A stretch of 64,000 bases of DNA from Macrostomum lignano. Its lineage: Eukaryota. Position numbers and translations under genes: made by a program. Below are positions 12,138 to 21,764 of this stretch, piece by piece. The DNA lies in contig NIVC01000793.1 of the NCBI GenBank assembly GCA_002269645.1, positions 1 to 64,000 on the forward strand, given 5' to 3'. Position 1 is the first letter of the stretch. Every line of letters starts with the position of its first letter. Under the pieces are notes generated by a model that was given only the letters and a program-made list of their open reading frames with translations, was not told the origin of the DNA and ran no database searches.

Positions 12138-12794
12138 GCGGCTCGCCCATTTACATTGCGTCGCAACTAGGCCGTCATGCTGTGTTTAGTTTGCTCCTAA
12201 AAGCGCAAGCAAGCGTTAATCTGCAAACTGACACGGGGCTGTCTCCGCTCTTTATTGCGTCACAGAATGGTTACCATGAGCTATTTGACTCACTCATAAA
12301 CGCTCAAGCTCAAAGACTCCGAAGGCTGCACGCCAATCTACATCGCGTCGCAGAACGGTCACTATGGCGTGGTGTTGTCCCTCGTCAGAGCTCATGCTGA
12401 CGTTGAAGCAAGAACTGTTACTGGTGAGACTCCCCTTCTAATTGCAAACGTCAATGGACATCACCGAGTTGCTGCCTTGCTGGAACAAACTATTCAGACA
12501 CAACGGGAATCACCGTTGCTTGAGTCTGAGACAGAAAAGGCTAAGCATCAACTTACTCATCAGGATCGTGCGGCTTTGTCAGAGTTAGAGTAAGAGTTCG
12601 AATTTGAGTTTTTATATTAAAATAGAGCGACGTTGTACAGAAAATGAAATAGAGCCCCCTAATTTTCGAATCCAAATGGCATTTAGAAGTGCTTCTCAAA
12701 GCGGTTTGTTGAAGTATTTAGTTGTTTCGCTGGCTACGCGGCTTCAGCTTAGTGTAATTGCTGCCGTCAACATGCATGCGTGGGCATTACGCTC
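12138..12794 (+). pseudogene. Duplicate fragment of the ankyrin exon end and intron start (copy of about 1572-2239)
   Basis: Near-identical sequence with an 11-nt deletion (GACGTCAATGT) that frameshifts it. Confidence 0.9.
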
Positions 12795-12845
12795 CTTCTT
12801 CTTCTTCTTCGGGCGTGCTCGGGCCAGGGCCCATGGCACCGGGCG

Positions 12846-15800
12846 TCAGATGGCGCCCGCCTTCCCGAGGAAGTTCAACACCGCGACGCAGTTCTCGAAA
12901 ACTGCCGCGGGCTCCGGGCTTGGCCCCCAGAGGCGGCAGCGGTGTGATGTCAGGGCGGGGCAGGAGATCAGCAGATGGGCCGCCGTCTCCTCTCCATCGC
13001 CACAGAAGCGGCAGGTGGGGGCCACGTCAACGCCGATGGCGGCCTGGAAGCCCCGCAGGGCCGGGCAGCGGTCGGCGCGCAGCTGGCAGATCAGCCGCTC
13101 CTGCCGCCGCGTGAGGTCGCTTGTCGGCTGAGGCGGCAGGCGGCCCGCCGTGCAGGCAAGGTGCCAGGCAAGCGAGCTCGTGCTCGCCGCCTCGGTGGCC
13201 GCCGCGTTGTAGATCTGGTGCCAGCGGGCGAGGCAGTAGCGGCGGACGGCAGCCTGCGCGGCAGCTAGCGGTACGGGCGCGGTGCCTTGCGCCAGCGTGG
13301 TGCCTTGCTTGGCGATCTCGTCCACGGCCTCGTTGCCTGGGATTCCCGCGTGGCCAGGCACCCACTGCAGGTGGACCGAGGTTCCCCGGGCCGCGAGGTC
13401 GGCGAGGCTGCCCCAGACGGCGTCGATCATGGTGGCGCCCGTCGACCCGGGGCCGGACGCGAGCGCGCTAAGCGCGCTCAGGGAGTCGGAGCAGATGCGG
13501 ACCGGCGACAGCTCTGCCGGGTCCGGGGCCGCGAGCACCCACCGAAGGGCCTCAGCGATGGCCACTAACTCGGCGTGGAAGCTGGACGTCACATGGCCAG
13601 CAGCGACGCACAGTGTCGTGTTGGGCTCGACCAGGACGCCACTGCCGCCGTCCAGGATGCCGTCCTTCGCCGCTCCGTCGGTCCAGATCACGGTGCTGGC
13701 GGGCGGCAGGGCGGCAAGTGTCTGCTGCGCCGCGGCTCTCCGGGCCTCCGGCAGGTCCCCCCGCGAGGTTGGGGAGGCCAACTGCAGCCCGAGGGTGACA
13801 GAGTCCAGAACAGCCCAGGGAGGTGTCGTCGGGATAGCGTGGACGGGCTCTCGCGGGAAGCCGCTCAGGCCCGCAGCGCTGCATACACTGGCCGCCGTCT
13901 CGCGCCAGCCGCGGGCGCTTTGGAGGCGGCGGCGCGGGCCGACGCTGGCCGCGCAGGCGCGCAGCGGGTTGTCATGCGGCAGCCGGAGGGCGCGCTCGTG
14001 GAGGAGGCCAGCGTGCATCTCCGCGCGGACTGCCATCGGCGGCAATCCAGCCTCGCGCTCCAGCACCTCCGACCTGGTGTTCCGTGGACACCCGGTGATG
14101 ATGCGCGCGCCCAGGCGCTGGGCCCGGTCCAGGTGGTCGATAGCTGTCCTGCAGGCCGTCGGCATCCAGGCGCCGGCAGCGTACTCCAGCACCGGCCGCA
14201 CATAGGCCGTGTAGAGCTGGCGCACGTCGCTCTGCTTGGCGCCCCAGTTGCTGCCAGACAGCGCCGCCAGAACGCCGCAGCGGGCGCGGGCGCGGCCGGC
14301 GACGTTGGCGGCGTGCGCCGTGAAGCTGAGCAGCCGGTCCAGGATGACGCCGAGGAAGCGCGGCTGGCGGTCCGTCGAGAGCGGGGCGTCGTTCAGCCGC
14401 AGACGCAGCTCACGGCTGGCCTCTCCGGCGGTGGTGGTGAACAGGGAAGCGGCGCACTTGTTCGGCGCCAGCTCCATCCGCCACTCGTTCGCCCAGTCGG
14501 AGACCGCGTCGATCGCAGCCTGCGCCTTCGTCTCGGCCTCTTCCACGGTCAGGCCTTGCACTGCGATGGCCAGGTCGTCGGCGTAGAGGAACGGCGTGCA
14601 GTCGGACGGCAGGTGGTCAGGCAGGTCGTTGATGTACAGCGCAAAGAGCAGAGGGGCAAGGACACTCCCCTGTGGCAGGCCCTCGCGGAAGAGCCGCCAG
14701 CTGCTCAGCGCGCCGTCCACCCTGACGGCAGCGCGGCGATCGGCCAGGAAGCTGCTGACCCAGCGGACCCCGGCCGCTGGGATGCCGGCGTTGTGCAGCT
14801 TGTGCAGCAGGCCCTGCTTCCAGACGGTGTCGTACGCCCGCCGGAAGTCGAACAGGACGACGACCGTCCACCTGGCGGGGGCCGCCTGGTGGCCGTCGCT
14901 GATGAGCTGGGTGAGCCGGGCAATCTGGTCCTCGGTGCTGCGCCGCTTGCGGAAGCCGGCTTGGGCGGGGTGCAGCAGGTGCCGGGACTCGGCCCACCAG
15001 TAGAGCCGCGCTTGAACCAGACGCTCGGCCAGCTTGGCCAGAGTGGAGGTAAGGGCAATCGGCCGGTATGAGCCGATCTCGTCGGCCGGCTTGCCCTTCT
15101 TGAGGATCGGCACGATGTGGGCACGGCGCCACGCCGCGGGGACCTCCCCCTGGGTCCAGGACGCGTTGATCAGCTGCAGGACCGCCCGGCGGCCAGCGGC
15201 ACCGAGGTGCTGCAGATGTTCAGCGCAGATCTCATCGGGTCCTGGGGCCTTCCTGGCCGGGAGGGAGTGGAGAGCCCTGTCCAGCTCGCGGTGCGAGAAC
15301 GGCTTTCCAAAGTCTCTGCTCCCATGGCTGTCGGCGCCGGCTCGCGAAACGCTGCTGCGGAAGTTCTCGCGGCGGAGGTCTCGCGTCCTGCGGTCTTGCG
15401 GGAGGCGGCTGACGGAGGCATACTCACGGGCGTAGGCCTCGGCGATGTCCTTCGACTGGACGAGCGTCTTTTGGCCCACCCGGAGCGCTGCGTCCCGCTG
15501 CAGGTTGCTGTTTCTGCCGTCGAGGGAGCGGACAATTCTCCAGATCTTGGAGTGGTCGCTGTCAGCTGCCACCTCGCCGGCGAAGGTCCTCCAGCTCTCG
15601 CGTTTGGCGTCGGCGATCGTCTTCTTGGCGTCGGCACAGGCTCGATTCCAGGCAGGCCGCACGCTCGGGTCGGCGGCGGCGGCGGCCCACGCGGCGCGGC
15701 GAGCCTTCACGGCGTCGTCGACCTCTGGCGTCCACCAGGCCTTGGCGGAGGGCCGCGCCCCGCGAGGGACAGACGCCTTGTCGGCTTCCTGGATGGCCGT

Positions 15801-16613
15801 GGTCAGCTGCTGGTTGGCCTCGCTGACCGACTCGGGCGGGCAGGCCTCCCAGCCAGCCAGGGCTTCCTCGGTCCGGGCGCGGAAACTGGCCCAGTCCGCC
15901 TTCGCCCAGGACCGCCGGGCGGCGCCCCCGCGCTTGGCCGCGCCTCGGCTGTGGATGGTGATGCAGATCGGCAGGTGGTCCGAGCCGACGTCTCCCCGGA
16001 CCTGCCACTCGGCCCGGTTGGCGAGCGACTTGTGGCACAGGCTGACGTCAGGCGCCGTCTGCCGGGTGTTGGCGCGGCGCGGCATGTGGGTGGCGCTGCC
16101 GTCGTTCAGGACGCGCATGCCGGACACCACGGACCACTCGAAGACCGCCGTGCCCAGGTCCGACTCTTCCGATTCGGGGTCCCAGGCTGGATGGTGCGCG
16201 TTCAGGTCGCCCAGGATCACCGTGTTGACGCCGGACGGGAGGTGCCGGGGGCTGAAGCGCTGCACGCGGTCGTCGCCTTCAGCCGTTCTGATCGGCGGGA
16301 TGTAGAGGCAGTGGATGTCCAGGCTCTCGACGCTCTTTTCAGAGGGGAAAACCCGGACGCCGGCCCACTCCGTGGTGACGTCATCGGGGGCGCAGGGGCG
16401 CTCCTGCAGCACCTCGAAGCGCAGCCCCTCGCGGATGACGATTGCAGCGCCTCCTCCGCGCGTGGGGCCGCCGGAGCGCCGGCCGCTCTGTCGGTGGCGC
16501 CAGATCGCGTTGAACCCCGGCAGGCGCGGATCCCGACCCTCGGTGGTGTGGGTCTCTTGCAGGCACGCCACGTCGATGCGCAGATCCAGCAGCAGCTTGC
16601 ACAATTCGGGCAT
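12846..16613 (-). CDS. APE endonuclease - reverse transcriptase - RNase H - CCHC zinc finger polyprotein
   Basis: LQET, GDLNAHH and SDHLPI (APE); LPQGSVLAP and YADD (RT); WTDGA and WVPGHAGIPGNEAVD (RNase H); CRFCGDGEETAAHLLISC. The frame stays open about 47 codons upstream (LQLNAEG). Confidence 0.95.
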   Translation of the reverse strand: MPELCKLLLDLRIDVACLQETHTTEGRDPRLPGFNAIWRHRQSGRRSGGPTRGGGAAIVIREGLRFEVLQERPCAPDDVTTEWAGVRVFPSEKSVESLDIHCLYIPPIRTAEGDDRVQRFSPRHLPSGVNTVILGDLNAHHPAWDPESEESDLGTAVFEWSVVSGMRVLNDGSATHMPRRANTRQTAPDVSLCHKSLANRAEWQVRGDVGSDHLPICITIHSRGAAKRGGAARRSWAKADWASFRARTEEALAGWEACPPESVSEANQQLTTAIQEADKASVPRGARPSAKAWWTPEVDDAVKARRAAWAAAAADPSVRPAWNRACADAKKTIADAKRESWRTFAGEVAADSDHSKIWRIVRSLDGRNSNLQRDAALRVGQKTLVQSKDIAEAYAREYASVSRLPQDRRTRDLRRENFRSSVSRAGADSHGSRDFGKPFSHRELDRALHSLPARKAPGPDEICAEHLQHLGAAGRRAVLQLINASWTQGEVPAAWRRAHIVPILKKGKPADEIGSYRPIALTSTLAKLAERLVQARLYWWAESRHLLHPAQAGFRKRRSTEDQIARLTQLISDGHQAAPARWTVVVLFDFRRAYDTVWKQGLLHKLHNAGIPAAGVRWVSSFLADRRAAVRVDGALSSWRLFREGLPQGSVLAPLLFALYINDLPDHLPSDCTPFLYADDLAIAVQGLTVEEAETKAQAAIDAVSDWANEWRMELAPNKCAASLFTTTAGEASRELRLRLNDAPLSTDRQPRFLGVILDRLLSFTAHAANVAGRARARCGVLAALSGSNWGAKQSDVRQLYTAYVRPVLEYAAGAWMPTACRTAIDHLDRAQRLGARIITGCPRNTRSEVLEREAGLPPMAVRAEMHAGLLHERALRLPHDNPLRACAASVGPRRRLQSARGWRETAASVCSAAGLSGFPREPVHAIPTTPPWAVLDSVTLGLQLASPTSRGDLPEARRAAAQQTLAALPPASTVIWTDGAAKDGILDGGSGVLVEPNTTLCVAAGHVTSSFHAELVAIAEALRWVLAAPDPAELSPVRICSDSLSALSALASGPGSTGATMIDAVWGSLADLAARGTSVHLQWVPGHAGIPGNEAVDEIAKQGTTLAQGTAPVPLAAAQAAVRRYCLARWHQIYNAAATEAASTSSLAWHLACTAGRLPPQPTSDLTRRQERLICQLRADRCPALRGFQAAIGVDVAPTCRFCGDGEETAAHLLISCPALTSHRCRLWGPSPEPAAVFENCVAVLNFLGKAGAI

Positions 16614-16845
16614 CTTGGAGGCGACGCCCTCTGCGTTGAGTTGCAGGAGGTGCAGGCTACTGGGGGCCGCGCGCGCACGGGCCGCTGGGTCGGGGGGCGC
16701 CTCGCGCCGCCGGGGGCCCGCCGTTGAGGCTCGGCGGGCTGGTTCAGGCGTCGGCTAGTCATTTAATCGGCAGGTGGCCGCCAGATGCCAATTGGGCGGC
16801 GAAGAGACTGCGTCGCGGTGTGGGCCTCGGGAAAGGCCCGTTGCT

Positions 16846-16913
16846 GACCTGCATTTCGTGGGCCTTTCGGTCCTCCAGAGGGCACCTCGGGGAGGCGCAG
16901 GTCGTTGCTCTCC
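16846..16913 (-). ncRNA. HDV-like self-cleaving ribozyme fold at the exact 5' end of the Ingi-like element
   Basis: P1 GGAGAGC/GCCCUCU (G1.U wobble, 1 mismatch); P2 GACCUGC/GCAGGUC (7 bp); P3 GCC/GGU; L3 UCCCCGA; P1.1 CC/GG; P4 capped by GAAA; J4/2 CGAAAU. Confidence 0.85.
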
Positions 16914-17128
16914 TGGGCATTACGCTCGTACTAGGGCGGAAGAAGCACTGGAGCTCTAAATACAATATAAGAAATTCTCTATAAGCTGTTAAAGAAAGTT
17001 CTGTATTTGCAATTTTACTTTGTACACGATCATTTCGCCAACTGACCGAGAATACGCACTGTTTGCTGTTGCAAGTGTACATTTCCAGTTCTGGAACTCC
17101 AACCTCTGTCCCTCCTGTGCATTATCTA
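16914..17128 (+). pseudogene. Continuation of the duplicated ANK-cGLR intron 1 (copy of about 2225-2435)
   Basis: High identity to the first copy up to the mariner junction. Confidence 0.85.
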
Positions 17129-18040
17129 CGAGGGTCACTCAGAAAGTTCTTAGCCTGAACACGAAAACAGCAACAAATGAACTAAAAAATGACTACAAGT
17201 GCTCAAAACACTCTCTACCGGCATAGATACAGGCTTGCATCCTGTGAAACCAGCTGTCGAAGCACTGCCGCCGATCCTCATCCTGGAGCTCCTTGATGAT
17301 GTTTTTGAACTCATTCACAGCTTCTTCCGGTGAAGAAAAGACCTGGCCCTTCAGAATCTCCTTGCACTTCGGAAACAGAAAAAAGTCGCACGGTGCCAGG
17401 TCTGCACTGTACGCAGGGTGAGTCATCAGCTGGACCCCACAGTCAGCCAGAAACTCCAGAGTTGGAGCCGCCGTGTGCGCACTGGCGTTGTCGTGGTGCA
17501 GAAGCACCCCGCGCATTCCGCACCTTGGGCGCCTCTGGCTCACAGCAGAAAAGACTTTGGACTGGTACACAACGGTTAGGCAAACCGTTGTGTACCAGTC
17601 AGCGGTGACAGTCTGGTGATCTTTAAGTGAAACGGAAGTCACATGCCCAGTGCGCATCAAGAAACAGGCCACCATCTGCTTGCCGACACTCCGGCTGCGC
17701 CGAAACTTGGTGGGGCTGTCCTCGTCTCCAAAGGTCCACATGGCTGACTGGCGCTTGCTTTCGGGGTCGTATGGTTGCGATTTCAGGGGCCGGTTTTAAC
17801 TGGCTCTGTAATCGTGTTTAGCCGACGGGGCCGCCCCCTCCGCCCGTCTGTGCGTGCGGCCCGCGCGTGTGCATCCCTGCCGCAAGGCGGGGTGCTGGGT
17901 GCCGGCCGGCAGGCGGGGGTGTTGGGTTGGGGGTGGGCGGCGTCGGCCCCCTTTTATTTGTGCGCTCACGCTCTCTCGTGCGCGCTGCGAGAGCGCTTTG
18001 GCTCGTAAAATTTTTTTGCGACTATCTGGCTCTGGCTATC

Positions 18041-19057
18041 ATGCATCGTGTAGACCGTCTAACAGTCAAACAACTCAAGAGTGAGCTGGGTAGCCGAGGC
18101 CTCTCAACCGCAGGCAATAAGTCGGCCTTGCAAGCCAGACTGAGACAACACGAGGGGCAGTCACAGCTTCAAGACGGCGGGACATCGGCATTGACATCGG
18201 CATCGGCATCGCCCTGTGCGCAGGAGGAGCTCCAAGACCAAGGCCGGGACCCACGGGAGGCGGACCTGGACGGCGAGATTCGGCGGGCGCAGAAACGGCT
18301 GCAGCTCCTAGAGCTTCAAACACGCGAGCGAGAGCTTCGGGAACGCGCCGTCGTGACTGCTCGTACAGAATCAGGTGAGCAGCAGAATCTTTTCGCTGAA
18401 CTTATCAACCCAACAGACCCTGTCAGCGCTAGGGCCAACCCCCGGCCGGTCGGGCAGCCGTGTCTACTCGTCAGAGACTTTGTCGATGATCTGTCAGGCC
18501 AGGCTGACGAGCTGCTCACCAGGGGCAGCTCTGGCGGCCTCGTGCTCAAGAAGTCGACGACCAAGCTGGACGGCATGACAATTGGGCAGTGGTTCGCCGG
18601 CAGTATGAAGGTCCTGCTTCAGATACTTGAAGACACAGCGCCGCAGGTGACCAGCAAGGGCCAAGTGTACAGCACAACTGAGCAAATCAAAGATTACACC
18701 CAGTACAATGTCCAGGTGGCCGAGCTATTCGACAGATTCCCAGCGCACCGGGTGATCAGATTCGACCATGACTACCGCCAGCACCGCGCAGCCAACAGCC
18801 TTCGCTGGGGCAAAGACTGCGCCCAGATGTCGATCAGGCACCTGCTCAGCATTAAGACGGACCAGTACAATCAGACAGCCAAGCGAAACCAGCCTAGCAA
18901 CAAGAGCCGCGTCATGGGTCCGCGGACATCCTCAGGCCGCGAGCTGTGCTTGTCCTTCAACAGCACCAACGGCTGCATGAGGAGCAACTGCCGATTCCTT
19001 CATGCCTGTCGAATCTGTGAGGGCAGCCACTCCGAGCAAAATCACGCAAAAAACTGA
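18041..19057 (+). CDS. Gag-like ORF1 with N-terminal SAP-like motif and C-terminal Cys/His finger
   Basis: LTVKQLKSELGSRGLSTAGNKSALQARL; CLSFNSTNGCMRSNCRFLHACRICEGSH. Confidence 0.8.
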   Translation: MHRVDRLTVKQLKSELGSRGLSTAGNKSALQARLRQHEGQSQLQDGGTSALTSASASPCAQEELQDQGRDPREADLDGEIRRAQKRLQLLELQTRERELRERAVVTARTESGEQQNLFAELINPTDPVSARANPRPVGQPCLLVRDFVDDLSGQADELLTRGSSGGLVLKKSTTKLDGMTIGQWFAGSMKVLLQILEDTAPQVTSKGQVYSTTEQIKDYTQYNVQVAELFDRFPAHRVIRFDHDYRQHRAANSLRWGKDCAQMSIRHLLSIKTDQYNQTAKRNQPSNKSRVMGPRTSSGRELCLSFNSTNGCMRSNCRFLHACRICEGSHSEQNHAKN

Positions 19058-19131
19058 GCAAGCGCGCCGACACGGCGCGCGAAACCGATTTTACCCGTCC
19101 TGCTTTTAACTGCCTCGCTCAGCCCGCTCCC

Positions 19132-21693
19132 GTGCCCTGCATCGTCAAGCCTCCAGTGCGGATGTCCGATCTGACGCAGCCAGTGGGCGATCTCTGCATC
19201 GACGCCTGGCGCTCCGAGCTTGTTGGCGACCCCGACGCTGATTTTATTCTCGACGGCATCGAGAGCGGCTTCTCCATTGTCGATGACTTCGACTTTACGC
19301 CGTGTCTCTGCAGCAACTACCAGTCCGTCAACCGGAATCGCGACCAAGTCCAAGCTGTTATCGGAGAAGAAATCCGGCTCGGGAGGTACGTCCCAGTCGT
19401 GGACAAGCCTGCGATGGTCTGTCCGCTGGGAGCCATTCCGAAAGACAGCTCCGGCATCCGGCTAATCCATGATTGCTCCGTCCCTCGCGGCTGCAGCCTG
19501 AACGATCACTATGCCCAACAACGGCGTCTCCGCTTCACCTCCGTCGACGAGGCCGTCAGGATGATGCAGCCCGGCTGGTTTATGGCAAAGGTGGACATCG
19601 CGTCAGCCTACCGCAGCGTGCCAATTTCTCCGCAGTGCTACCAAGCCACCGGCATCCACTGGGACTTCGGCAACGGCTGCTCAACCTTCCTGGTGGATAC
19701 GCGGTTACCATTCGGCAGCAGAGCCTCCGTCAGCATTTTCCATCGCCTCACGCAAGCGGCCCGGCGAATGATGTGTCGCAAGGGGTTCCTGGCAACCGTC
19801 GTTTTCATCGATGACTTCCTCGTCATGGCCAGGACGAAAGCCGAGTGCGACAGGGCCTACCACGAGCTGCGCAACCTGCTCATCAGGCTTGGCTTCTCCA
19901 TCAACGAGAAAAAATCGGTGCCGCCGACGACAAAGCTGCGATTCCTCGGCATTGACATCGACACCGTGCAAGCCAGTCTTTCCTTCCCAGCCGACAAAGC
20001 CGAAAAGCTTCAACTTCTCCTTGACACCTGCCTCTCGCGGAAGAGCCTGTGCAAGGCGGAACTGCAGAAGCTGCTCGGGCACCTCAGCCACCTGTGCACT
20101 GCCGCCCAGCACGGGCGAACTTTCCTGCGGCCGCTGATCGAGCTGGTCAACAGCCTGGCGCATCCGTCCGACAGGGTCGGCGTCACGGAGGAGCTCCAGT
20201 CGCAGCTGAGGTGGTGGATGACTGCGTTGAGCACGCTGCCGCCTAGAGCTGCCTGGCCCTCGCGTCGGCCGGCTGGAGCGATTGAGTCTGACGCCTGTGA
20301 CATTGGAGGCGGTGCTGTGCTGCATTTCGTCAACAGAGAACCGGTTTGGCTTTACATCGACTGGCAGTCCGACTGTGATGGCGCGTTCAAGGAGCTGCAC
20401 ATCAACCTCAAGGAGTGCGCCGCCCCGCTGGTTGCGATTCTGCAGCACCAAGAAGCCTTCAGCGGCTGCTCGGTTGCAGTCTACACTGACAGCACCGCCG
20501 CCTGCGGCATCATTAACTCGGGCTCCGCCAAGCACCAAGGTATTGCCGACCTGCAGAAGCGCGTCGCCCTGACCTGCATTCAACGCGACATCATCGTCCG
20601 CGCGCACCATGTGCCTGGCCGCTTCCAGCTGCTCGCAGACCCGCTGTCCAGAGCGCATGACCCCAGCCAGCTTGCCAACTTTCTGTTTCGCTTCTATGGC
20701 ACCTGCTATGTGCCAACCAGCTTGCTTGCCTCCGCTTGCTTGAGCTCTGCCGCTGCCTCCCACCTTCTGTTTCAGGTCCGCCTCCTGTGGTCCCGGTTCC
20801 CGGCCTCTCCGCACCGGCACGTCGACTGCTCAGCCAAGGCTTCGCCAGCTCAACTCGCTCCGCCTACGCAAGCCAGTGCGCGTCCTGGATGCGATTCTGC
20901 GCCGCCCACAGACTTCAACCGCTGTCAGCGCAGCCCGCCGACGTGTGCAACTACCTGGCGGAGCTGGCGAACAACCGGCTGTTCTCAGTCAGCAGCCTAT
21001 CCTGCCACCTCGCCGCCGTGTCCTCGCTCTACAAATCAAGCAGCGTGGCTGACCCGACGAGGCAGCCACTGGTTCAGCTGGCCCTGCACGGCGCCCGCCG
21101 GCTCCTCGGCGCCGCCCCAAGGAGCAAACGAGCGTTGCGGCCGGCCGACCTGCAGCGGCTGCACGGCGTGCTGCGACCTGAAGAGCCCAGGGACTGCGCA
21201 TTCTGGTGCGCCTGCATCGTGGGCTGGTGGGCCATGCTGCGGCGAGCCAACCTGTGCGTATCCGGCCGGTTCGATCCGCAGCGAGACCTCAGTACGAGCT
21301 GCATCCGGCCGTCAAGGGCGGGCGTCATCCTCGTCATTCCGAGGTCGAAGACCAACCAGTTCGGGGCGCGCCAGCACCGAGTTTTCTTGCCGCAGCTCCC
21401 AGACGGACATCCAATCTGCCCGGTCACCGCGCTCCAGAAGCAGCTGCGCATTAACCGACCGCAGGACGCCCAGCATCACTTGTTCAGTACCCGAACCAGA
21501 CGGTCCACCGCACCGCTCACCGCGCGCACCTTCGCGAGGCGCCTGTCCGCGGCACTTCGACAGGCCGGGTTCGCCGAGCCAGCCAGGTTCTCTGGGCACT
21601 CGTTGCGTCGAGGTGGCGCTACATCCGCGGCGGAGGCCGGCATCCCCATCGATTCAATCATGCGAGTCGGTGACTGGGCAAGCAGCGCTGTAG
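19132..21693 (+). CDS. DIRS-type reverse transcriptase / RNase H
   Basis: RLIHDCS, KVDIASAYR, LPFGSRAS, FIDDFL, FLGIDID, ESDAC, YTDS, ADPLSR. The part after about 20800 is overlap with the YR frame. Confidence 0.9.
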   Translation: MPCIVKPPVRMSDLTQPVGDLCIDAWRSELVGDPDADFILDGIESGFSIVDDFDFTPCLCSNYQSVNRNRDQVQAVIGEEIRLGRYVPVVDKPAMVCPLGAIPKDSSGIRLIHDCSVPRGCSLNDHYAQQRRLRFTSVDEAVRMMQPGWFMAKVDIASAYRSVPISPQCYQATGIHWDFGNGCSTFLVDTRLPFGSRASVSIFHRLTQAARRMMCRKGFLATVVFIDDFLVMARTKAECDRAYHELRNLLIRLGFSINEKKSVPPTTKLRFLGIDIDTVQASLSFPADKAEKLQLLLDTCLSRKSLCKAELQKLLGHLSHLCTAAQHGRTFLRPLIELVNSLAHPSDRVGVTEELQSQLRWWMTALSTLPPRAAWPSRRPAGAIESDACDIGGGAVLHFVNREPVWLYIDWQSDCDGAFKELHINLKECAAPLVAILQHQEAFSGCSVAVYTDSTAACGIINSGSAKHQGIADLQKRVALTCIQRDIIVRAHHVPGRFQLLADPLSRAHDPSQLANFLFRFYGTCYVPTSLLASACLSSAAASHLLFQVRLLWSRFPASPHRHVDCSAKASPAQLAPPTQASARPGCDSAPPTDFNRCQRSPPTCATTWRSWRTTGCSQSAAYPATSPPCPRSTNQAAWLTRRGSHWFSWPCTAPAGSSAPPQGANERCGRPTCSGCTACCDLKSPGTAHSGAPASWAGGPCCGEPTCAYPAGSIRSETSVRAASGRQGRASSSSFRGRRPTSSGRASTEFSCRSSQTDIQSARSPRSRSSCALTDRRTPSITCSVPEPDGPPHRSPRAPSRGACPRHFDRPGSPSQPGSLGTRCVEVALHPRRRPASPSIQSCESVTGQAAL

Positions 21694-21764
21694 AGCGGTA
21701 CCTACCGCCTTCGGTTGAGCGCAGTGCGCCGCTGCGCCTGGCTTCGCTCCTCCCCTCAACGTGA
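20736..21764 (+). CDS. Tyrosine recombinase
   Basis: MLRRANL, PRSKTNQ, HSLRRGGAT, GDWASSAVERY. Confidence 0.93.
   Translation: MLELCRCLPPSVSGPPPVVPVPGLSAPARRLLSQGFASSTRSAYASQCASWMRFCAAHRLQPLSAQPADVCNYLAELANNRLFSVSSLSCHLAAVSSLYKSSSVADPTRQPLVQLALHGARRLLGAAPRSKRALRPADLQRLHGVLRPEEPRDCAFWCACIVGWWAMLRRANLCVSGRFDPQRDLSTSCIRPSRAGVILVIPRSKTNQFGARQHRVFLPQLPDGHPICPVTALQKQLRINRPQDAQHHLFSTRTRRSTAPLTARTFARRLSAALRQAGFAEPARFSGHSLRRGGATSAAEAGIPIDSIMRVGDWASSAVERYLPPSVERSAPLRLASLLPST

Larger units (their letters stand above)
12795..16913 (-). mobile_element. Full-length Ingi-like (I-group) non-LTR retrotransposon
   Basis: 14-bp TSD TGGGCATTACGCTC (12781-12794 and 16914-16927) matches the single site in copy 1 at about 2225. 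(GAA)5 3' tail. One long ORF, short 5' leader, no ORF1. Confidence 0.9.

Noticed and set aside
12975-16762. Many overlapping ORFs in and opposite the Ingi-like ORF (e.g. 13575..15071, 15117..16727)
   Set aside because: Shadow frames of very GC-rich coding DNA; no motifs.
19705-20820. 371-aa antisense ORF in the Ngaro element
   Set aside because: Antisense shadow of the RT/RNase H frame; no recognisable domain.
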